Shown here in pieces: positions 1-9,192 of a stretch of DNA of 64,000 nucleotides; the stretch's first letter is position 1; the number at the start of each line of letters is the position of its first letter. The stretch comes from Candidatus Eiseniibacteriota bacterium (GTDB taxonomy: Bacteria; Eisenbacteria; RBG-16-71-46; CAVPCR01). The stretch covers positions 352,001-416,000 of the forward strand of contig CAWGMA010000004.1 of assembly GCA_963823555.1 (NCBI GenBank), given 5' to 3'. The position numbers and the translations under genes were made by a program. A model generated the notes under the pieces. It saw only the letters and a list, made by a program, of their open reading frames with translations, made no database searches and was not told the DNA's origin.

Positions 1-2
1 GA

Positions 3-902
3 GAAGGTCTTGACCGGCTGGGGCGACAGCGATTGCATCAGGGCCACGATGGTGGAGGAATCGATGCCGCCGGAGAGGAAGGCGCCCAGGGGCACGTCGG
101 CGATCATCTGTCCCCGCAGAGACTGCACGAGCAGGTGCTCGAGCTCATCGGCCGCTTCCTGCTCGCTCCCACGGAAGGTGCGTTCCTGGGCTCCCAGCGC
201 TGCTTCCCGCGCGTTCCAGTAGCTATGGGACTCGCTTCGCCTTCCCCCTTCGCGTACCTCCATCCAGTGGCCGGGAGCCAGCTTGGCGATGTGCTTGAAG
301 ATGGAATAGGGAGTCGGAATGTAGCCGTCACGCAGGAGCAGGGTCAGGGCTCCGCGATCGATCTCCGGATCGAAGCTCGGGTACCGGTGCAGGGCCTTGA
401 GCTCGGAGGCGAAGACGAAGGAGTCGCCGAGCCGCCCGTAGTACAGGGGCTTCTCGCCGGTCCGGTCACGGGCGAGGATCAGGCGGCGTTCGGCGTGATC
501 CCACATCGCGAAGGCGAACATGCCGACGCATTTCCTGAGCGCGGGTTCGATTCCCCACCGCTCGCAGGCCTCGAGCAGGACCTCCGTGTCGGAGTGGCCG
601 CGAAAGGTCGCGCCCTCGGCCTCGAGATCTCGTCGCAGCTCCCGGAAGTTGTAGATCTCGCCGTTGAAGACGATGGTGAATCGTCCCGCGGCCGAGCTCA
701 TCGGCTGGTGACCTTCCCGGGACAGATCGATGATCGAGAGCCGGCGATGACCGAGCGCGACGCCGGCACCGGGATCCAGCCAGATGCCCTGATCATCGGG
801 ACCGCGGTGGGCCAGGGTGTCGGTCATCGCCTCGACCACCCTGCGAGCTTCCTCCCGCGCCCCTGAGTCCGCAGACTGGAAGAACCCGCAGATCCCGCAC
901 AT
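3..902 (-). CDS. asnB: Asparagine synthase (glutamine-hydrolysing) family amidotransferase, N-terminal part; runs off the window edge
   Basis: Minus strand from the ATG at 902 reads MCGICGFF..., then HRGPDDQG, GHRRLSIIDL, FNGEIYNF and SDTEV, the Ntn class II glutamine amidotransferase signatures. Not in the ORF track because it is truncated. Confidence 0.92.
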   Translation of the reverse strand, partial: MCGICGFFQSADSGAREEARRVVEAMTDTLAHRGPDDQGIWLDPGAGVALGHRRLSIIDLSREGHQPMSSAAGRFTIVFNGEIYNFRELRRDLEAEGATFRGHSDTEVLLEACERWGIEPALRKCVGMFAFAMWDHAERRLILARDRTGEKPLYYGRLGDSFVFASELKALHRYPSFDPEIDRGALTLLLRDGYIPTPYSIFKHIAKLAPGHWMEVREGGRRSESHSYWNAREAALGAQERTFRGSEQEAADELEHLLVQSLRGQMIADVPLGAFLSGGIDSSTIVALMQSLSPQPVKTF

Positions 903-1037
903 GCAGCTCAGACTAGCACTTTTGCGCTTGAAGAGTCAGGGGAAGAGGAACCACACTCTCCCCGATGTCGGAGTTGGATGTCGAGAGAGTCGAGCAAGAG
1001 CCAGGGTGGAACCAGGGCGGGTGAAAACCGAAGCGTC

Positions 1038-2351
1038 ATGCGGATCCTCATCGTCAATCACCGCTTCTTCGTCTCCGGAGGACCCGAGCGCTACCTGTTC
1101 TCGATCACCCGGGCGCTGGAGAGCCGTGGCCACCAGGTCGTGCACTTCTCCATCCGCTACAACCGCAATCTGCCCAGCCCGTTTTCCGCGGACTTCGCCG
1201 CGCCGCCAGTCAGCGCCGATCATGTCTACTTCGCCGACAGCAAGCTCGACACGCGCCAGAAGCTCAGCTTGTTCGGGAGGCTCCTCTTCAACCGGGATGC
1301 CTACGGCCGGTTACGCAGGGTGATCGCGCGCGAGAAGATCGACGTCGTCTACGTGCTCCAGGGGATCCACTTCCTCTACGCTCCCGCCGTGCTTGCCGCC
1401 CACAGGGAGAACGTGCCGGTCCTCTGCCGGATGAGCGATTTCCAGCTCCTGTGTCCGGCCTACGTGTTCTTTCGTGACGATCACACTTGCGAGGAATGTC
1501 GTGGCGGGCGGCACCATGCCATCCGCTATGCCTGTGTCCAGGGGTCCAGGGCCGTGAGCGCCGCGCGGGTGGCGGCCATGGGATTCCAGGACCTGCTCGG
1601 CATCAACCACAAGGTCTCCGCCTTCGTTTGCCCCAGCCGCTTCATGGTCGAGAAGATGATCGCGTTCGGGTTCGCTCCGGAGCAGGTCCATTACCTGCCC
1701 ACATTCAGCGACCCGACGGCGTCCCCGGTGAGGGAGAGCGGAGGCTTCGCGCCGGCGGGTGGATCCGCCGGTGCTCCCTACATGCTCTACGTCGGGACCT
1801 GGTACCGGTACAAGGGAGTCCACACGCTGGTGCAGTCCTTCGCGCGGATGCCGCACACGGTCGGGCTCAAGGTCGTGGGTGGGGCCGGTGAAACGGAGGC
1901 GAGGGATCTGGCCCGGATCGCCGCCGGGACCGGTCATCCTGGGATCGAGTTCCTGGGGTTCGTCCACGGGCCCCGGTTGGAGGAGCTGTACGCGAATTGC
2001 CTGGCCGTGGTCCTGCCCTCGATCTGCTATGACAACTTCCCCAATGTGATCCTCGAGGCCATGGAGCACGCCAAGCCGGTGATCGCGAGCAACCTCGGGA
2101 GCCTTCCCGAACTGGTTGAGGATGGGGCCACGGGGCTCCTCTTCGCTCCCGGCGACACGAACGATCTGGCCCGGCAGATGCAGCGGCTACTGGCGGACCC
2201 CGATCTCGCCCTGGCCCTGGGCCGCGCCGGCAAGAAGCGCGTGGATGGCGAGTTCACTCCCGACCCGCACCTCGAGGCGTTGCTCGCGTTGATGGAGACG
2301 GTGGTGAGGGAGAGAGGCGCCGGCCAGTCGCCGGCGCCAGGTCAGCGGTAG
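1038..2351 (+). CDS. Glycosyltransferase family 4 (GT-B)
   Basis: MRILIVNHRFFVSGGPERY N-terminus; KGVHTL; PSICYDNFPNVILEAM...PVIASNLGSLPELV GT4 motif. ATG at 1038 preferred over 978. Confidence 0.92.
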   Translation: MRILIVNHRFFVSGGPERYLFSITRALESRGHQVVHFSIRYNRNLPSPFSADFAAPPVSADHVYFADSKLDTRQKLSLFGRLLFNRDAYGRLRRVIAREKIDVVYVLQGIHFLYAPAVLAAHRENVPVLCRMSDFQLLCPAYVFFRDDHTCEECRGGRHHAIRYACVQGSRAVSAARVAAMGFQDLLGINHKVSAFVCPSRFMVEKMIAFGFAPEQVHYLPTFSDPTASPVRESGGFAPAGGSAGAPYMLYVGTWYRYKGVHTLVQSFARMPHTVGLKVVGGAGETEARDLARIAAGTGHPGIEFLGFVHGPRLEELYANCLAVVLPSICYDNFPNVILEAMEHAKPVIASNLGSLPELVEDGATGLLFAPGDTNDLARQMQRLLADPDLALALGRAGKKRVDGEFTPDPHLEALLALMETVVRERGAGQSPAPGQR

Positions 2352-3007
2352 GTTGCCTTGATCGTGCCCCAGGTCGCGGGCTCGGTGGCCGTCGTCTGGG
2401 CGGGATCACAGGCATCACGCCCCCCGGAACCGACGCAGATCCTTCCCAGTCTCTGCTGGCCCTCGGGCGTATTGGCATCGATGTAGTCGAGCTGCGCGTT
2501 CGTGCAATCGAGAACCGCGGTGCCGTCCGGGTAGGTCGATTCGACTTGCCGCAGACACCCGTTCGCTCCGCTCAGAAAGAACATCCGTCCGATCACGGCC
2601 AGCGCCGGCCCGTTGATGCAATTGAACGCCGTGGCGATGGTCCCGGCGGTTGGACCGCCGGGATCGTGCGGTTGCACGGCGAAGATCTGGTTCACCTGGC
2701 AGTCCCACGCCCCGCCCATGAACACCCATCCCGCATCCCACGCGAACGCCGTTTCCAGCGCGTGGACATTGTCGTAGTTCATGAGGAGGAGATAGACGGT
2801 GACGGGCGAGTCGGCCGCGACATTCACGGCCGGACGATGGCCGAGACAGTCGACAGGTAGGTAGCCGGAGCAGGGATTCCCGGTCCCTTCGGCGGCGTGC
2901 AAGGGAAGGGTGAAGTCCGGGTTGGGTCCGGAGACCGCGGCCTGCGGCCCGATCAGGAGCAGGGCCGAAATCAGTAGCCCGAGGACGAAGAAGGACTTCG
3001 TGTCCAT
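2342..3007 (-). CDS. Secreted Cys-containing hypothetical protein with C-terminal TWGTIKATYR tail
   Basis: GGAGG RBS before the ATG at 3007; signal-peptide-like MDTKSFFVLGLLISALLLIG; several Cys; ends TATEPATWGTIKATYR. Confidence 0.75.
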   Translation of the reverse strand: MDTKSFFVLGLLISALLLIGPQAAVSGPNPDFTLPLHAAEGTGNPCSGYLPVDCLGHRPAVNVAADSPVTVYLLLMNYDNVHALETAFAWDAGWVFMGGAWDCQVNQIFAVQPHDPGGPTAGTIATAFNCINGPALAVIGRMFFLSGANGCLRQVESTYPDGTAVLDCTNAQLDYIDANTPEGQQRLGRICVGSGGRDACDPAQTTATEPATWGTIKATYR

Positions 3008-3313
3008 GGCAACACCTCCCGCGCAGGGCCCCGCGCGGGCGATCTGCACGGCACGGAGCCTGTGCGCCACCGATAAGCCTAGCGCCGCCCAACGGCGGTC
3101 GTCAATCCGGCTGTCGTTGATGGGTAGGATCCCCCGGGTCGGTGTATCAAAGCCAGGGTTGCCCCGTCCCATCTATGGTGAAGCGAGCCGCGCGCCCCCG
3201 GTCCGCCCGCGTAGCCGTCGATGCCGTCAGATGCAACTCCCCCGTTCCCCTCAGCGGTCGTGGCCATGGGCGCTGGTCGCCGATGCACCGTCCGAGCTGC
3301 AGGATGAGGAAGG

Positions 3314-6300
3314 ATGCTGATCATGTACGCTACGCGCACAGCTCAAGCCCCGGACCGATGCCCTGAGCTGGCAGGACTCGCCTGGCTGGCCATGGCCGCC
3401 CTGCTACTCCTCGCGGCGTCTCCGGCCGCCGCGCAGTGGAGCCCCCAGAGTCCCGTTCCCACCTTCCTGGATGTCCGTGGCGTCGCCGCGCCCACAGCGC
3501 AACGGGTATTCCTCGCGACCGACGACGATTCGTTCGATGAGGGGGGAGCGCTCTTCGAGTCGGCCGATGGCGGGTCGAGCTGGACGCAGCGCGATGTGCC
3601 CTTCAGTCTGAACGATCCACTGAACGGGATCTTCTTCCTCGACAGCCAGAACGGCTGGACCTTCGGCAATGCCAACTACCGCACGACCGATGGCGGCACG
3701 ACGTGGATCGAGCTCCCGTTCCTGGGCTCGACCTACTTCATGGAGTTCTACACACCGACCTTCGGTCTGGCCACCGGGAACTTCGGTCGCTACGTGAGCC
3801 GTGACGGCGGCCTCACGTGGGAGATCTCCCCCGACGGCGTGTTCGCCTTCGACTTCGTGGATGCTCAGAATGGGCTCGGTGTCTCGAGCCTTGGCATCCA
3901 TCGGACGACCGATGGCGGTGCCAGCTTTGCCCTCGTGGCGCCCGGGGACGGTCTCGCCGTGGCCTATCTCTCGACCAGCGTCGCCGCCGGCATCGTGGAT
4001 GGCACCTTCATGCGGTCGACCGACGGCGGGGCGTCATGGACGGCCGGGGTGAGCGCCGAGGGTCGCAGCCGGCTTCTGGCGCTGTCCGCCGATGTCGTCA
4101 TGGCGTGGGGCCGGAGCGGGGTGTTCCCCGACCATGACGACCGTTTCTTCCGCTCCGCTGACGGTGGCCAGACCTGGACCGACCTCGGTGAGGTGATGAC
4201 GGAGGGCGCGGGGGGCTTCGCCGTGGCGGATCCCCAGGTCGTCGTCGGGTCCGATCTCCTCGGCAATGTGTTCCGTTCCGGCGATGCCGGTCTGAGCTGG
4301 ACTCAGGCCTTCACCTCTCCCGGACCCCGGCCCAGCTTCCTCGGCAGCACGCGCCCGGTGTTCGCGGATGCCCAGGCCGGCTATTTCGCCTTCGGTGCCG
4401 GCTACGTGATCAAGACGACCGATGGCGGCGCCACCTGGACGCAGGTCTCGAGCGGGACTGGACGGGCCCTCGATGACATCGACCGTTTCCCGAGCGGTGA
4501 TCTGATCGCGGTCGGCGAGAACGGGACCCTCCTGACCAGCAGCGGCGTGACTCCATGGCTTCTCCAGGAGGCGCCGACGGCGCTGAACCTCCGCGCGGTG
4601 CAGGTCGTGGGCCCGACCGACGTCGTCGTCCTGGATGAGGATGCCCGCGTCTACCGGAGCGCCGATGGTGGGTCGACCTGGACCGCCGCGGCCGCAACAC
4701 CTCCCGGTCTCGATGGTGCCGATCTCTACTTCACCGGTCTCCTCGACGGGTGGGTGACAGGCACCGGCTTCTCTGGCGCGGCGCTGTTCCACACGACGGA
4801 TGGGGGCGACTCGTGGACTCCCGTTCCCGACTTCGCGGGGGTCTACGTCGCCGTCGACTTCGCGGGCGAGAGCGGCTGGGCGGCGAATGTCGGAGGGCGC
4901 CACTACCGCACGACCGACGGGGGTGCCACCTGGACGCAGGGCGACCTTCCCGGATCCCCGCTTCAGATCAGCGACATGGACTTCTTCGATGTCAGCATCG
5001 GCTATGCGGTCGGCTCCTGGGGCTACGCGGCTCGCAGCGATGATGGGGGCATGACGTGGGAGATCCTGCCCACCCCCAACGGCAACGACCGGCTGACCGA
5101 CATCTACTTGCTCGGTCCCAACGAGCTGTGGGTGAGCACCGCCAATGACGCCGCCTACTACACGGCCACGGGCGGTCAGACCTGGGCTCTTCTCGATATC
5201 GGTGCGGCGGGCTTCGGTTCCTTCGCGGCGATCGCCGCCACGCCGCAGGGTGACGCCTGGACGGTGGGCGATCGGGGGGCCATCGAGCACTTCGTCGGGC
5301 CGCCGCCCCCGCCGCTGAATCAGCCCCCGGCGGCGTCCTTCACCTTCCTCACGACAAGGTTGACGGTCGCCTTCACCGATACCAGCATCGATCCCGACGG
5401 CACGATCATCAGCTGGGCCTGGGATTTCGGTGACAGCACGACATCGGCGGAGCAGCACCCGACCCACACCTACCTGGAGGCGGGCACCTACATCGTGCGC
5501 CTGACCGTGACCGACGACGACGGGGACGCCGGCACCGCCGGGAGAATCGTCGTCGTCCAGCCCGGCCCTGGCGGTACGTTCGGCGACTTCACCGAGGTGA
5601 CCCCCTTCGATCCGCTGTTCGTGACGCCGCAGGACGAGGACTTCTGGGTGGCCACGACCTCGGCCGCCGACTTCGACAACGACAACGATCTGGACATTGC
5701 GGTTCTCGGTTACTACGTGGTCTACAACACGAGTGTCGAGGAGCGCCTCGTTCTCCTCCGCAACGACGGTCTGGCGGGCCCCGATGAGTGGGAGTTCGCC
5801 TACATCGACGTGCCTCTCGGGGACCTCAGCTCGGGCGCTTCCGATCTGGCCTGGGGCGACGTGGACGGCGACGCCGATCAGGACCTCGTGGTCGGCACGG
5901 ACGGCGAGACGGTGATCTATCGCAATGACGCCGGCACCCTGGTCCTCACTGACACCATCCTCCCCGGGTACTACGAGGAGAACTTCCAGGCCTACTTCGA
6001 CCTGCGTTCCATCACCTGGGCCGATGTCGACAACGACAGCGACCTCGACCTCCTGCTTCCATCCGTTTTCGACTTCAACACGTTCAGATACCGCACCGCG
6101 CTGATGCTCAACCAGGGTCCCAACGGGACCGGAGGCTGGGTCTTCACCGAGACCGATTCCGTCTTCGCGGCCACCGCCCACGCCCAGAGCGCATGGGCGG
6201 ACTTCGACGACGATCAGGATCTCGATCTGTTGCTCATCAACCAGGCGCCGCTGACCAGCGGTGGGTTCATCCGTCGCTACCGCAACGATGGTGGCGGCAC

Positions 6301-7441
6301 CTTCGTCGGCGAGGACATCCTGGGTACGGTCACCATCGAGCGCGGCGAGGCGCAGTGGGGCGACGTCGACGCCGACGGGGATTTCGACGTTCTGGTGGCG
6401 GGAAACATCCGCGAGCCCGACGGGTCCTTCAACGAAGTGCTACGCATCTACCGCAATGAAGCCGACGTGTTCACGCCCTTCGAGGTGATCGACTGCGTTC
6501 CTTGCGAGGGCTGGTTCGACCTGACGGCGGCCACCTGGGCCGACTACGACTCGGACGGCGACATCGACATCCTCCTGACCGGTACCTACAACAGCGGCTC
6601 GCAGATCGAGGGCCGGGCCAAGATCTATGTCAACGACGGCGGCGTGTTCGTCGACTCGGGCAACGATCTCCCGGCGCCGCGGGCCAGCGGGACGCGTGGC
6701 GGCACCTTCACCTGGCTCGATATCGACGGGGAACAGGACCTCGACTACTTCATCGCCGGGGAGTACTTCGTGCCGGGCGGCAACGGCCTCATCGAGGCGC
6801 AGATGCATCTGTACCGCAACGATTCCGGCGGGATGAACGCGGCGCCGTCAGCACCCTCGAACCTGGCCGCCATCGTCGGGGAAGGCGGCGTGGTTCGCCT
6901 GACCTGGGATCCGGCCGGCGATGATCATACGCCGAGCACCGCGCTGACCTATGATCTCGATCTCTACCGGAACGGAGTGCCGGTAGCCAGTCCTCACCGT
7001 CTGCCGGAGCCAGGCAGTGTGAGCGCCGTCCAGGAGTGGGTTCTGACCGGGCTGTCCGACGGTGCCTATGCCTGGACGCTGCGCGCCGTCGACAGCGCCT
7101 ACAACGGCGGCCCCCTGGCCCAGGGCCTGTTCAACGTGGGTACTGCCGCATCCGTGGAGGAATCCGCCGAGCTGCCGCGCGCCTACGCCTTCGATCGCAA
7201 CTACCCGAACCCGTTCAACCCAGCGACCACCTTCCGCTTCGCCCTCCCCGAGCGCGCGGATGTCGAGCTCGCGGTCTTCGATCTCGCCGGACGACTCGTG
7301 GCCCGGGTCGTCAACGAGACGCTGCCGCCTGGAGTTCATGAGATCCGCTGGAATGCGGGCGATCTGGCGAGCGGAGCCTACTTCGTTCGCCTGTCGACCG
7401 CGGAGTTCACCAGGACCCGGCGCGTGCTGCTCCTCAAGTAG
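3314..7441 (+). CDS. Large secreted mosaic protein: Asp-box/BNR (YCF48-like) propellers, PKD, FG-GAP/VCBS repeats, FN3-like, T9SS-A-type C-terminal domain
   Basis: Signal peptide ending AAA-Q; many (S/T)xDGGx(T/S)W repeats; PKD motif WDFGD...HTY...GTY.V.LTVTD; repeated D.D.D.DLD; ends NYPNPFNP...LASGAYFVRL...RRVLLLK. The start could be 3323. Confidence 0.85.
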   Translation: MLIMYATRTAQAPDRCPELAGLAWLAMAALLLLAASPAAAQWSPQSPVPTFLDVRGVAAPTAQRVFLATDDDSFDEGGALFESADGGSSWTQRDVPFSLNDPLNGIFFLDSQNGWTFGNANYRTTDGGTTWIELPFLGSTYFMEFYTPTFGLATGNFGRYVSRDGGLTWEISPDGVFAFDFVDAQNGLGVSSLGIHRTTDGGASFALVAPGDGLAVAYLSTSVAAGIVDGTFMRSTDGGASWTAGVSAEGRSRLLALSADVVMAWGRSGVFPDHDDRFFRSADGGQTWTDLGEVMTEGAGGFAVADPQVVVGSDLLGNVFRSGDAGLSWTQAFTSPGPRPSFLGSTRPVFADAQAGYFAFGAGYVIKTTDGGATWTQVSSGTGRALDDIDRFPSGDLIAVGENGTLLTSSGVTPWLLQEAPTALNLRAVQVVGPTDVVVLDEDARVYRSADGGSTWTAAAATPPGLDGADLYFTGLLDGWVTGTGFSGAALFHTTDGGDSWTPVPDFAGVYVAVDFAGESGWAANVGGRHYRTTDGGATWTQGDLPGSPLQISDMDFFDVSIGYAVGSWGYAARSDDGGMTWEILPTPNGNDRLTDIYLLGPNELWVSTANDAAYYTATGGQTWALLDIGAAGFGSFAAIAATPQGDAWTVGDRGAIEHFVGPPPPPLNQPPAASFTFLTTRLTVAFTDTSIDPDGTIISWAWDFGDSTTSAEQHPTHTYLEAGTYIVRLTVTDDDGDAGTAGRIVVVQPGPGGTFGDFTEVTPFDPLFVTPQDEDFWVATTSAADFDNDNDLDIAVLGYYVVYNTSVEERLVLLRNDGLAGPDEWEFAYIDVPLGDLSSGASDLAWGDVDGDADQDLVVGTDGETVIYRNDAGTLVLTDTILPGYYEENFQAYFDLRSITWADVDNDSDLDLLLPSVFDFNTFRYRTALMLNQGPNGTGGWVFTETDSVFAATAHAQSAWADFDDDQDLDLLLINQAPLTSGGFIRRYRNDGGGTFVGEDILGTVTIERGEAQWGDVDADGDFDVLVAGNIREPDGSFNEVLRIYRNEADVFTPFEVIDCVPCEGWFDLTAATWADYDSDGDIDILLTGTYNSGSQIEGRAKIYVNDGGVFVDSGNDLPAPRASGTRGGTFTWLDIDGEQDLDYFIAGEYFVPGGNGLIEAQMHLYRNDSGGMNAAPSAPSNLAAIVGEGGVVRLTWDPAGDDHTPSTALTYDLDLYRNGVPVASPHRLPEPGSVSAVQEWVLTGLSDGAYAWTLRAVDSAYNGGPLAQGLFNVGTAASVEESAELPRAYAFDRNYPNPFNPATTFRFALPERADVELAVFDLAGRLVARVVNETLPPGVHEIRWNAGDLASGAYFVRLSTAEFTRTRRVLLLK

Positions 7442-7460
7442 CGGCCAGCCGCGGACGATG

Positions 7461-9161
7461 CTACGGCGCCCCGGGCTGCGGTTCGCGGTCCGGGGCCGGG
7501 CTTCCCGCCGGAAGCCCGAGCAGCTGGCGGGCCCGGTCGAGCGCCTGGTCGATGTTGCTGACCATGTTCTCCTCGCCGATCTTCTTCCACAGCTCGGTGC
7601 GCTGAAGGGCCAGAAGCGGTTGGGCGTGCACGCCGGAGAGCACGACCCGAGTGCCGTCCCGCCGGCACTGGTTGTAGAGCTCCTCGAGGAGATGGAGCCC
7701 GGTGGCGTCGATCGCGGGGACCTGGCGCAGGCGCACGATGAGAACGCCCGGGCGCGACTTGATTGTGCGCATCGTGTCGCGGAAGGTCTCGGCTGCTCCG
7801 AAGAAGAACGGGCCGTTGATCTCGAAGACTTCCACGCCGGGAGGGATCTGGCGCCGGGTGATGGCATAGAGGTCCGGAGCGTCCTCGGCGTCCCGGAACT
7901 CCCGCGTCACCACCCCGATGTTCGCGACCTCGCTCATGCGCCGGATGAAGAGGAGCGAGGCCATGACCACCCCCACTTGCACCGCGATCGTGAGGTCGAT
8001 CACCACCGTCAGTACGAAGGTCGACAGCAGGACCACGACATCGCTTCGCGGGGCGCGCAGGAGGGCGCGGAACTGATCGATCTCGCTCATGTTGTAGGCG
8101 ACGATCATGAGGATCCCGGAGAGTGCGGCCAGCGGGATGTGGCGCGCGAGTGGAGCGAAGAGGAGGAGCACAACGAGGAGCGTTGCCGCGTGAATCATGC
8201 CGGCGACCGGTGTGCGCCCACCACTCTTCACGTTGGTGGCGGTGCGGGCGATGGCGCCGGTGGCCGGAAGGCCGCCGAAGGCGACCGCGCCGATGTTGGC
8301 AACACCCTGGGCGACGAGTTCCATGTTCGACTTGTGCCGCGAGCCGATCATGCCGTCGGCGACCGTGGCCGACAGCAGGGACTCGATCCCGGCGAGGAGC
8401 GCGATGGTGAACGCCGGCGAGATCATCTGGCGGATCGTTACCCAGTCGAGATGGGGAACCGCGGGCGCGGGCAGCACGCGCGGCAGATCGCCGAAGCGCG
8501 TGCCGATCGTCGCGACCGGGAGGTCGAGGAGCGAGGCGGCAACGGCCGCCACGATCAAGGCGATGAGCATGCGAGGGATGCGCGCGCTCACGCGCCGGAG
8601 GAGCTCGATCAGGAGGATGGTCCCGGCCCCGACGGCGAAGGCGGCGACGCTGATCGAATCGAGATGGGTGGCGTATAGGGCCCAGCGGGCGAAGAACTCG
8701 CCTGGTACCTCGGGCAGACTGAGGCCGAGGAAGTCCGGGATCTGAGTCGTGAAGATGACGACCGCGATCCCGGCCGTGAATCCGGTGACCACCGGGTACG
8801 GGATGAACTTGATCATCGCGCCGAAGCGCGCCAGGCCCATCGCGATCAGGAGCCCCCCGGCCAGGAGGGTGGCGATGGCGAGCCCATTGTAACCGTGCTG
8901 CGCGCTGATGGTGCCGACGAGGACGACGAAGGCGCCGGTCGGACCGCCGATCTGCACCCGGCTGCCGCCGAGCGCCGAGATCAGGAACCCGGCGACGATC
9001 GCGGTGAACAGGCCGCGCTCGGGGGGCAGTCCCGAGGCGATGGCGAAGGCCATGGCGAGCGGCAGGGCCACCACTCCGACGGTCAATCCAGCGAAGAGGT
9101 CGCCGGCGAAGGTGCGGCGGTTGTAGTCGCGGAGGCAGAGGATGGACTTGGGGATGAACAT
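7461..9161 (-). CDS. SulP family inorganic anion transporter with STAS domain
   Basis: GDLFAGLTVGVVALPLAMAFA, QIGGPTGAF, ESLLSA.VADG, STAS INGPFFFGAA...IDATG. Start at MFIPK (9161). Confidence 0.95.
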   Translation of the reverse strand: MFIPKSILCLRDYNRRTFAGDLFAGLTVGVVALPLAMAFAIASGLPPERGLFTAIVAGFLISALGGSRVQIGGPTGAFVVLVGTISAQHGYNGLAIATLLAGGLLIAMGLARFGAMIKFIPYPVVTGFTAGIAVVIFTTQIPDFLGLSLPEVPGEFFARWALYATHLDSISVAAFAVGAGTILLIELLRRVSARIPRMLIALIVAAVAASLLDLPVATIGTRFGDLPRVLPAPAVPHLDWVTIRQMISPAFTIALLAGIESLLSATVADGMIGSRHKSNMELVAQGVANIGAVAFGGLPATGAIARTATNVKSGGRTPVAGMIHAATLLVVLLLFAPLARHIPLAALSGILMIVAYNMSEIDQFRALLRAPRSDVVVLLSTFVLTVVIDLTIAVQVGVVMASLLFIRRMSEVANIGVVTREFRDAEDAPDLYAITRRQIPPGVEVFEINGPFFFGAAETFRDTMRTIKSRPGVLIVRLRQVPAIDATGLHLLEELYNQCRRDGTRVVLSGVHAQPLLALQRTELWKKIGEENMVSNIDQALDRARQLLGLPAGSPAPDREPQPGAP

Positions 9162-9192
9162 GAACGCGTCTTTCGAGTTCCTGTGATTCTTG

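Noticed and set aside
33..866. 277-aa plus-strand ORF
   Set aside because: Antisense shadow of the asnB-like gene, which has clear motifs on the minus strand.
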